NCBI GenBank assembly: GCA_012295275.1
Contig: CM022675.1
Location: 1,860,001-1,924,000, forward strand
DNA: 64,000 nt
Source of the DNA: Chrysomallon squamiferum
Lineage: Eukaryota; Animalia; Mollusca
Reading direction: 5' to 3'
Shown: in pieces, positions 35,539-47,147 of the stretch
Layout of the letters: every line of letters begins with the position of its first letter
Numbering within the stretch: position 1 is the stretch's first letter
The notes under the pieces: model-generated
Told to the model about the DNA's origin: nothing
Seen by the model: the letters and a program-made list of their open reading frames with translations, nothing else
Databases searched by the model: none
Made by a program: the position numbers and the translations under genes

Positions 35539-35845
35539 ATTTAATTACTTAAGTCGTCTTGTTCCTAACCCTATTTCACTATCTAAAAAAAAAAAAATTA
35601 TATATATATAATTGTCATCAGAAGAGTTAAATCATTTTAAGAAACTATACAATTCAAATAAAAAAAAAAAAAAAAAAAAAATAATGATTAATATTTCCAA
35701 ATAAATAAATAAATAAATAAAATCAGAAACAAAAATTTTGATTACTATAATTTCGATATGCTTTCTTTATTTCATACTGCTCACAACAGTTGTCATATTT
35801 AATGGTTATCTCCACATTATTCTTCCTAGTGTCTATTCTCTTCTA

Positions 35846-35892
<47 letters not shown>

Positions 35893-36703
35893 CTACTACC
35901 TCTATTGGAATTTAAACTAAAATCTGTCATCGTATATATTTCCTGTTTCTTATATTTAATAACATGTTGTATTTGTTTACAGGTGATGAGTTCTTCGACT
36001 GCAGACGACAGGGTCAGGATTGTGCTAATAATAAAACTTGTCAAAATGACGGCACCTGTGACTGTGGAAATGACTACACTGGCTACAGCTGTCAGCTGGA
36101 GAAAAGTCAGTATTGTAATTCTAATATGTGAAGTGTGGGTAACTTCAATAACATCACCAAGAAGATATAGATATAGATTTTTATTTTTATTTTTTTCTAT
36201 TTCATAACAGATACGAAATTTGTGTTTCCAGGTTTGAGTGGTTCAAGTCCGTGTACCAATCAGACTGACTCTTGTGGCTCTGATGGAGGTATCTGTTACA
36301 ATGCTAATGGAAACAGGGCGTGTTTCTGTCCACCTGGTTTCTATGGTGACCACTGTGAAAACAAAAGATGTGACTAATTAATTCTACTTCACAAAATAAT
36401 ACTTTTTTTAATATCTTACACTGTTATTATATAGCAATGAAGGGTAGATGATATTCCAATTGTTTTCAGTATGCTCATTTATTATATATATATACTTACT
36501 ATACTTTTCACCTCCCAAGAAAGTAATGTAAAATAAATAAATAAATAACAAAAAGTATAATAGTAACATGCTATTTAAGTTTATCACTAAACACAGTCAG
36601 ATTCATCATCTGATTTAAATTAATCTGAAAGGAAAGTTAATGTTATTATTTGATGTCAAATACGCTTTTCTTCATGTTGAGTGTCTATTATTATAATTAG
36701 TAA

Positions 36704-36738
<35 letters not shown>

Positions 36739-37827
36739 ATAGTAGTAGTAGTAGTATCATCATCACAATCATGTTGATTATTCCTGCTAACAAATACTAA
36801 TCTTAATATTTTAGATGAAGTTACCTGTGAGAAAAGTTCTATGTTGATTGTGATTAATCCTGCTGGAACATTCAGTGGTGTCGTCTATGCTAAAGGTGGA
36901 AAAGACACGCCAGATTGCAAATTCACGTCATCAGATTTACCCTCGGAAAAACAGGGTGTGGGTCTCAGTGTTAAGGATACTGAATGTGGTGGGGTGACTC
37001 AGGTCTGTTCTTCACATTATTCATATTTTACTCTTTTTTTCTTAATGAACTATGTTTAAATACTTAGCTACTTCCATAAATTGTTTAAATAAAATAGATT
37101 TAAAGTTGTGTGCATTTGTGGAATTATAATATCAGAGAAAATTGTTTTTAAAAATATTTCTTGTTATCTTTGTACAAAGTGGTATTAGACATTGACAGAA
37201 CATAACTTGTGTAATTGTGACTCATTGTTAAGGTAAATGGAGGTCGAACTCGAGATGTGATCATTCAGTTCAGTGAAAAGTTTATGACAAACCTCGACAC
37301 AAAAGTCTCTGTCACTTGTACTGAAAAAAACAACGATGCCATAACCGTGACTGTCACCAAAGCCATAACAACCAAAGAAACTGAAAGGTTCGTTATAAAT
37401 ATTATTATTATTATATTTTTCTTTCTTTCCTGCAATGTATATAAGTTCACTTACAATTGTGGTTAATATTTTCGGTAATGATGAAATTAATCCATTTCAA
37501 GTATCAATATTTTACTTTGGGATATTACACGTAAAAAAAAAAAAAAAAAAAAAAAAAAAAGATTAATTTGTATAAATTTATTAATACGGTGGAAAGTTTG
37601 GATGTTACTTGTGTATATCTGGGATACCTCTTGATGTTATTTCACAGAGACACACTGAACATCACAAACACAGTGAACTCAATAGACTCCTCGCTTGTCC
37701 AGTTCAACATCAACCTCAAAGACGGGTCTTCAGTTCCAGAATCAGCAGCTGTATCTTTAGATGAAGAACTTACATTTGAGTTTACTACAAGTAGGAACAA
37801 GTTGTTGTTTCCATAGTTTTCTTTATT

Positions 37828-37882
<55 letters not shown>

Positions 37883-38135
37883 CTGTCATTAATTAATTTT
37901 AATTTCGCGTCATCTTCGTATATTTTTATTTTTTTATTTTTTTGTTATTGCTTATTTATTAATTTATCTAATTTTTTTTTATATATATATATATATTCTC
38001 AGACTTGACAGCAGAGGTACCAGATAAGATTGCCGACATTGAACCAGGTAATACATATATATGTACTACATTATAACTACAGACTTTAATTATTTACTTT
38101 GTGTTTCTGAATTGTGTCAGTGTTTATTATTGACT
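32233..38135. repeat. Inverted duplication arm, partner 1-5947
   Basis: Mirror ORFs in the track (e.g. 5114..5503 vs 32679..33071; 306..554 vs 37568..37816) and direct sequence comparison. Confidence 0.95.
34590..34719 (+). promoter_or_regulatory. Putative promoter and non-coding first exon of copy C (mirror at ~3417-3545 for copy A)
   Basis: Reverse CCAAT (ATTGG, 34628-34632) and a donor-like GG|GTAAGG at 34719/34720. The ATG exon has its own acceptor (ttttcAG at 35155), implying an upstream UTR exon. Confidence 0.4.
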
Positions 38136-40468
38136 TAAAACTGTCGACTTTCTCATTTTCAAACTACTCACAAATCGCTTCTAACGAATACTTCGCAATT
38201 TCGCAAAATGAGGATAATTTTCCTATCGGTTATTATAAATGTTTTTTTGTTTTTGTTTTTTTCTGTTTCATTATAAGTGAAAGTTCGCCTAGTTGATGGT
38301 AACACAACTAAAGAAGGTCGAGTAGAAGTTTTGTACAAAGGTAAATGGGGCAGACTGCACAGTAATCGTTTCACCTACTATGAGGCCACTGCAGTTTGTA
38401 GAACTCTGGGTTTCAACAAGTAAGTTAATAGCAAATAGTTCTGATTCTTATTGTACCTCTACCTTTCTGAGTCCGTATTTTCCAGTATTATGAAAGGAAC
38501 TTTCTAAATGAAGAAATATAAAATAACGTCGAAGTAAAAATATATAAGAGAAACCATTGTGTGCGTGTGTGTATGTCTGCAAAAAAATTAATAAAAATAA
38601 AAAATAAGATAAAGAAGTAAATAAATAAATGAATTAAAAAATACATAAAAATAATATCGTCTATATGTGTGTGTTAACACTGCTGTTACAATTAAGTTTC
38701 TGTCCTACAGCGCGTTTGGTATGCCACGTGGTAAAGGATTCTTCCCAGAAGGAACTGGACAAATTTGGGAAGGTGATTTACTCTGTCTTGGATTTGAAAT
38801 GGACGTAGATGATTGCAATAAATGGAATATTACTGACTGTGGTGATGCCTGCACTGGAGAAGATATTGGACTGATATGTGACGGTAAAGAAATATTATTG
38901 TTCTCATCATCATCATCATTGTTATCATTATTATCATCATAATTGTTCTTGTGGCCGTTCAGTAAGGAAAAATAAACTTTGTGTTTTGTTCCACTATAAC
39001 AGAAAACCCTGCACCATACAAACTGAGGCTGGTCGGTGGCAATAGCAAACAAGAAGGAAACCTTGAAGTATTTGATGACGGCAAATGGAATTCAGTGTGT
39101 AACAAAAATAAGTATGAGAACGAAAACGCTGTGGTTGAGTGCCGGCAAATGGGCTATGCAAAGTTAGTAAGTCTTTTTAAATTCAAACGTTCAATTGTAA
39201 AAAAAAAATAATAATAATAATTAAAAAAAAGTAATAATAATTATAATAATAATAATAATAATAATACGATAACAACAACAACAACAACAACAACAACAGT
39301 AATGATAATAATAATAATAATAATAATAATAGTAGTAGTAAAATAATAATACAAATAATAATTGGTGGTTGTTGTTGCAGTAGTAGCAGCAGTAGTATAG
39401 TAGTAATAATAGTAGTAGTAGTAATGTTATCGTAAATACATACATACGGGCAAGGCCACATACACACGTTTAAATATACATACAAAATATATTGATATAA
39501 ATTTCAACATTTCTAATCAAAACGATGATTGGTTAAATACAAATTTCCTGTGTTACTCTGATATTTGTTTTACGACTGTGGATCAAATCTATCATTGTGA
39601 GTAAACGACGTCTAGTATTTTACTTCTTATTATTTATGATTTTTGTTTTCATCAACGTTTGCTTTTCTAATTCTACACACTGTCCTACCACTGAGATATA
39701 TTTTTGAATAACCTTTTAAATTTAACCTGCGTTTCTTCACAGATCATCAGTCTATAAATCTGAAATAATTACTGGAAATAAATGGAAGTATGAGATTATC
39801 AGCCTTACTTCTGAACCTGCTGTGCATTTGTCTATTCTCAGACTTCGGAATGAAGAGAGTGAATGTCAATCTGTACATATTAGCTGTTCAGGTATTAATG
39901 TCAGTTACGTTTACTGTGTTTTGTTTATCTGATAACACTATCGTCTTCTACAGAGAAAACGATTTACAATACAAGAAAGGTTCACGTTGTTATATGTTTT
40001 TTATCAACCTGTCACACTGTCAAGTTCAGGCACTACGAAAAACATCAACATCCAACTACACATTACACTCTTATTATAACTATAACAGCTGTTTACTGCA
40101 GACGCTAAAAAAAAAAAAAAAAAAAAATACATAATAATAAGCAATGTGTATATGAAGTATATCAAAAAAAAAAACGAAAAAAAAACGAAAGAAATGAATG
40201 TATTGATTTCAGTTTTATGTTTATTTTCTAGTGGACATATCAAACATTGAATTACGATTAGTTGGTGGTCCAAGCAGTAACTACGGTGTAGTTGAAGTGA
40301 AAATAAACAATGAGTGGGGCAGACTGTATGATGATTATCCTAGTCCAGCAGTTGCTAGAGTTTTATGCAGAACACTTGGATTTAACGAGTAAGTAGAAAC
40401 AGAACGTAATATTAAAGCAGGTAAATATCACTTGACACCATGTACTAATGCTAATAAAGCTAATAATT

Positions 40469-40501
<33 letters not shown>

Positions 40502-42986
40502 ATGATGATGATGATGATGATAATGATGATGATGATGATGATAATAATAATAATAATAAAATGACATCGATAATAACATTTAAACTGATATAAAAACTGA
40601 TACAATTACTCTATATAAATTGATCTATTTTTTATCTATTTATTTAAAGAAGTTATAAAGCAATATTACTGAGTGAACGTGAGCATAATCTGACGTCAAG
40701 CAACAAAAAGATTTGGACACAAAGTGTGTTTTGTTCAGGACTGGAAAAGAGCATTAATGAGTGTTACATTAGATATAGTGAAAATGAAGATCATCAGAAG
40801 TACACAGCCCTGCTGTGCTCAGGTAATAAATTTTAGACAGCAGTCACTAAACATCTACCACATGTTTAATCATTTCTTCTATACAGAATAACATGCACTG
40901 TATTAGAGACAAAACACATCGAAATTAATAATGTGATCAAATCTAAGACAAAAAGTGTGTGTATGTGTCAGATGACAAGAAATTTTAGTTTGTTATAGGC
41001 TTTTGTTTCTTACTGCAGAGGATAAAGCAGAAATTGAAATTCGTCTGGTTGGAGGCAGTTCAGAACGAGAAGGTCGAGTTGAGATTAAATATCTTGGAAT
41101 GTGGGGCACAGTCTGTGATGACTATCATACTGATTACAACGCAGCAGTTTACTGCAGAATGCTGGGTTTCACTAAGTAAGTTATTAATAATGATTATTAT
41201 AACATGTTTACTGCAGAATGCTGGGTTTCACTAAGAAAGTTATTAATAATGATTTTGTAGCAGTTGTTTACTACAGTACTGTAAGATTATTAACAACGAT
41301 TATTGTAGATGTAATAGCGAGTGTTACTAATAGCCCTCTTACTTTCTTAAAATTATTTTTATTACAATTGTGTTTTTTTCTTTTCTCTTTCTTTTTTTTC
41401 TGTTTCTATTTTTATTTTATATTGTACTCTTCTTTGCTTCGCTTAGTAATTATTAATGATTGTTTAATACACATTGTAGGTTATTAGTAATGATTATTAC
41501 GATAGCTAGACGCTACAACGTAATCGTTTTCCTTACGTAGGTTAATAATTATTGTTTCTATAGCAGCTCTCTATTATGACATTACCAACAACGGTTATTA
41601 TAAGACTATGATAGTAAACAAACATACTTGCCAGTGACTCATTGCCTGTTTTACAGTTCAAATGCTACAGCTGTTGAGAAAGCCTACTATGGTGAAGGAT
41701 CAGGACCTATCTTTCTGCAGTACGTACACTGTTTGGGAAATGAAACCAGTTTTGAACAATGCAGGTTTCAGTGGGACGACTTTTGGTGTAGCCATGAAGA
41801 AGATGCTGGTGTGAGATGTGCAGGTGACACTAAACAACTGTGAATGATTATTCTTTAAATTTCACTAGTTTTATGTCTTTTGTCACCTGTTATTTATAAT
41901 GCTATTATTTACAAAATATCAGAAAGAAACTCAAAAATTATCAATAAATTTAGAACATTGAAATTATTGCATTTTCGTTTTTTGAGAATAAACAACGTTA
42001 ATAGATAAATGATAAAAACAACAACAAAAAAAACAACACTAGCCAGGGCAATAGACGTAATAATAATAGTAATAATAACAATAATAATAATTAGTATTAT
42101 TATTATTATTAATATTATTATTATAATTATTAATATTGTTATTATTATTATTAGAATGTTGACCTTTCATTGAATTTTATCATTAGCAACTTAAAAGTAA
42201 TTCTTATGAGCTGCACGCCAAATCTATGAAATGAAGAGAAAATATTTAACATCTTAAAAAGTATTTATCTATACACAGCATTTATTAGCATTGTATTAAT
42301 TTTACCAATGTTGAAAACAAAATGTTATGTGTAAGTAAGTAAATAAATAAATAAATAAATACAGACACAGGTACACATTTCATATTATATTACATGACTT
42401 TTCCTTCCAGAATTTGTCTTCCATTTTTAAGTACAGTTTAATTCAATTATTATCAGTATTATTATCATCCACAAATTTCTAGACGAATGTTACAGTGTTC
42501 TTTCCAGGACGAAATTTTTCCCTCTGAATTTCTGTGGTTATTATCAACAGTTATTCACTTTTAACGCTTCTGATAACGTAAATGAAATTACTAGTAAACA
42601 TGACATTTAATTCCCATCACTTAGCATAATCTTCATTATAACTCCTAGTCAAAATATAATTTTGCTGGAGATAGCAACATCTGTAAACGCAAATATTGCA
42701 ATACTTTCAAACAGAGCCAGCAAACTCAGGCACTCTCAGGCTGGAATCATGTACTGCTGATAATCAGAAAACTGGAGAAGATAGGGAAACTCTGAAAATC
42801 ATTGAAGACAGGTAAATAAAACATGTTGACATTTTTTATACACTTATACTTGTTTAGCCCAGAACTCATAAACATGGATTTTTAATCGCTTCCGAGAAGC
42901 ACTAGAGAATACTGAACATCATCGTCATCATAATCATCATCATCATCATCATCATTATTATTATTATAATCATTATTATTATTATA

Positions 42987-43019
<33 letters not shown>

Positions 43020-45141
43020 GTTGCTGTTGTTGTTCTTGTTCTTATTGTTATTATTATTCTTATTTTGTAATTTTTTCGTTACATTATTAACATAATTATT
43101 ATTTAAGAAAATATATATATTATTTTCTTTTCTTTTTCACTTCAGCTAGCAAGATTCATTCTAGATTCAAATAAATATGTTACGTAAATTAATGACCTCT
43201 GGATAGACAATCCAACTGCAGAATAATTCTCTTGAACATATTTACAATCACCTCGTATTATTATTTGAAAAATATATAAGTTTATAGCTTCTAATAATTA
43301 GAATAAGTGAATCTCCTTTTAAAACACCAAGTCTTAATTCAGATCGAGGAAACTAAAGAGAAATGTTATTTTATCTTATATTCTTTACTTATTCAGTTGT
43401 CCATCGTCTGAGATTGGTAAACTGATGATAAAGGAACCTGAAAGATCTGGAAACAACGTCACATTCAAGTTGAAAGCTTTCACCTTTAACAAAAACAACG
43501 CAGTCTCTACAGAATGTTCTGTCAAAGTTTGTCCTCCAGATCAAAAAACTCAGTGCGACCCTGTAAGTGTTATCATTTTCTTCTATTAGTTCTAGATAAT
43601 TTTATTTTATGTGTTTTATTTTATCAGCTTAAAATATGCACATCACAGAATGATGTTGTCTACATGCTTATTAGTGATAAAAGTGAACACATTTGTTACC
43701 CTATTTCAGCAATGGACAGTATTAGGAATATATTTAAATAAAAGATAGTTTGAAACTGGTAAAATCTTATATGAAGGAAGAAATATATTTATATATTAAG
43801 TTACGACTTGAAAATAGCTACTTATAAAGCTATTCATTTCTTAAATACTTTTCCGTGTTGTTCTTAAAGAATTTGTAAAAAATTGTTTCAATAATAATTC
43901 GCTCAATTTCCTTCAGAGAGTTTCTGTAACTCGGGCGTGTTAAAGTTTATCTCCCCTGAAATGTAAATCTAACAAAGTGTCAGTTTTAGAAACAAAGACT
44001 AAGAACGGTAGCTGATAGTCAATTTAATACCAGGCAAAGGTGATCAAATAACAGACAAAACAATTTGGTTTGTATGAATTAACAAAGACTACGTTGTATA
44101 AATACAACTAGCAAACACACTTAAAGCTAACATACGCATGCTAGGAAAGTAAAATGTATGGTTATAAGTATTTCTTTCTTTATGTATTTCTTCTATGAAT
44201 TAATATAACATAGAATTAAACTGGTAAAATCCTGTATTAGTCTATATTTAAGATACAGTCTGAAAGTTGCTTGTTCCAAAAGCCGCTGTTTTCATGTCAC
44301 TTTCTCTTATTGTTCTTGAATAATATGTAAAACAGTCTTATATTAAAAGACTATACAGAAGAAAAAAAAAGAATGAAATGTTTCTTTCAAATTTCATTTT
44401 GATTATTTTCTCATCATTTCATTTGATTATCATTTTTATTTTCATTATGACTATCTTACTACTAGTAGTACTACTAATACTAAAACTATTACTACTACCT
44501 CTGCTTCTATTTACTGAGTAATTAATATATTACATAAGTAATAAATCTATTAATATTCATTTTTATAAAATTTAATCGAAGCAGCCAACCATTAAGTAAG
44601 AAAGTAAGTAGTAAATACATAAATAAGCAAACAAACAAACAAAAATAAACATAGAAACTTTCAATCTTAGGTGGACTGCAATGGCAAGGAAGGCTTTGGA
44701 AGAAAAAGAAGATCTGCTGAAATGTCTGATGAACTTGTCAGAAAGACATATATAGTTCTGGACGTGATGGATGGAAATCAAATACCACGTGAGTTTATGT
44801 TAGATTTGTAACATTATTGTCTTTTACGTAAATAACCTTTACGGTTAGTTTCGTCAGTTTAAATCAACAGTTAAATGCAGACTTTATTTATCATATATTA
44901 GTTGTAAGAAAGAAAAGAAACATCTGACATTTAAAAAACTTCCTTCATTCTAGGTATTTCACAGAAACCAGCTGAAAAGCAAGGATCTGATCAACTTAAT
45001 GTCAGTACCACGATTCTGATTGTTCTCTGTGTTGTCATGGTGATCATCTTCTCACTTGTCATTGGGATTGTGGTGGTCGTCTTCCTGAGGAAGAAAAAGT
45101 CCAGTCTGAAGAAGGAAGATTTCAACAAACACCAGATTTAG
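35168..45141 (+). CDS. Copy C: complete type I membrane EGF-EGF-ZP protein with 4 SRCR domains inserted in ZP-C (19 coding exons, ~902 aa)
   Basis: Hand-spliced GT-AG exons, all phase-compatible, no internal stops: 35168-35219 ([18 protein letters not shown], signal peptide); 35983-36105 (EGF1, [13 protein letters not shown]...YSCQLEK); 36211-36369 (EGF2, ...[16 protein letters not shown]); 36815-37002 and 37233-37387 (ZP-N, 4 Cys); 37648-37790 (linker + ZP-C start, VQFNINL...[13 protein letters not shown]); 38003-38047 (linker); 38278-38419 + 38711-38883 (SRCR1); 39003-39162 + 39743-39891 (SRCR2); 40232-40388 + 40653-40822 (SRCR3); 41019-41175 + 41657-41823 (SRCR4); 42715-42811 ([10 protein letters not shown]); 43397-43562 (CPSS...KAFTF...ECSVKVC...QCDP); 44671-44788 (VDC...GRKRRS furin site, EHP-like RKTYIVLD); 44954-45141 (TM helix, RKKK stop-transfer, TAG). 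Sum 2709 nt. Confidence 0.88.
38278..41823 (+). other. Four tandem group A-type SRCR domains, each split over two exons (phases 1-2-1)
   Basis: Motifs (V/L/I)RLV(D/G)G...G(R/N/V)(V/L)E(V/I)...W...C(R)xxG(F/Y) in the first exons. SRCR4 is canonical: [26 protein letters not shown]...C...[11 protein letters not shown]. Confidence 0.9.
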
Positions 45142-45400
45142 TTAACTTGAGAAACATTTCATATACTGTAGTAGCAAATTGAACTTGAAAAATGTTTCAA
45201 ATTTTACGTAAAACAGCTTTTGTTTAAACATTTCTTTGCTTTATTGCATTTAAGTAATGGCATTACACTTTCGTAATTATTTTTCTCTCTTTCTTTCTTT
45301 GTTTTTATCTATTATTATGTTTTATTATTTAATTATTTTCTAGATCTTTTATTTCATGGCTAGTGCTATTATTAATTAATTAGTTTATTTATTATTTAAT

Positions 45401-45456
<56 letters not shown>

Positions 45457-45622
45457 CATCATTATCATTATCATTATTATTATTACTATTATTATTATCA
45501 TGCACACAATTTGTTTTGTAATACATGCAGTACTTTATTTCTTTGAACTGTCATAGTAGGAAAACGTTTTGTTTTCAGCTTTTGCTTTGCATTTATTTTT
45601 CCTACTATTTTTTTTCCTTGTC

Positions 45623-45700
<78 letters not shown>

Positions 45701-45779
45701 GTTCTTGTTGTCGTTGCTGTTGTTATTATTATTATTATTATTATTATTGTTATTATTGTCGTTCTTGTTGTCCTTCTTG

Positions 45780-45829
<50 letters not shown>

Positions 45830-47087
45830 GTTATTAATCTTGTTCTTGTTGTCGTTGTTGTTGTTGTTGTTGTTATTATTATTATTATTGTTATTATTAA
45901 AAGTCCAGTCTGAAGAAGGAAGATTTCAACAAACACCAGATTTAATTAACTTGAGAAACATTTCATGTTACTGTAGAAGCAAAGATTTTCAGTAATTATC
46001 CCTTTTTCATTATTTTTATCATTTTTTCGCAATTTTTATTTATTTATTTATTTGCTTTGTTTATATACTGACTGTTTGGTTTAATTTGTTTGCTTGCAAT
46101 TAAATTTCTCTGGTTTAAGGCGTAACAGTGATTATTTTGATGAACATTTCTTTGAATGGCAACGAACACAAATTCTAAATGTTCAGATCTAATTTTCTCT
46201 CACTTTTCTTTTTGCTATTATTGCAGTATTTGCTCATTTTCTTTTTCTTTCAATTGCTCCTTTATTAATTTGTTTGTTTGTTTATTTTATTTGTTGTTTT
46301 TCGTTTGGTAGTTTAGTTGTTCACTTATATTTTATTTTTATTTTACTTTGTTATTATTATTATTATATATATTATTATTATCATTATTATTATTATATTT
46401 ATTGTTATTGTTAATATTGTTGTTATTTTTATGATGATTATTATTATTATTATGATTATTATTATTATTATCGTAATGGTATTAGTATTACTTAATTTTT
46501 TTGCTTCTTCTGCTGCTAGTAAAGCTTGCATCTGTATTTTTTCGAAAGATATATTTTTTGGTTTCGTTATTATTATAACAAAGATTATTTTATGTTTAAT
46601 TATATTTTCAACATGTTTAATAAATGCTTTTAGAAATGATTTTGTTGTAATTTGTTTTCTTTAATAAGCTATAAATATTACTTGGATATAATTTGATGTA
46701 CATATAATTGTTATCATTACTCTACGTTAGACAACAAACTACCTCACTGTTTTAGACTTCTTGTTTATCACTATTTATTGTCTTCTCATTTGTATTTTAT
46801 GGGGTTTCGTGGATTCAGGGTGTCGTATAAATTGAAACTTTCGAATGTTGATGCTGACATTTCCGAGATGTAGGATCTTGTTGAAATTAAGACATTATGA
46901 AATTAATTCAACTCACACGTCTATTGTTTGTATTTTTTTTTTTTTTGTTCTATTATTTTTCATTTGATTACCTTTTTGTGTTTTTTTTCGTTTGTGCTGC
47001 ATCGGTTATTTTAATAATGATTTAGTTTTATATGTTGTTGTTTCTTTCCTTTGTTGTTATTGTTGCTGCTGTTGTTGCTATTGTTGC

Positions 47088-47147
<60 letters not shown>

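Noticed and set aside
35168-45141. Calling the gene DMBT1
   Set aside because: No CUB domains seen, EGFs at the N-terminus, and SRCRs inside rather than before the ZP module. Orthology is unsupported, so no symbol is given.
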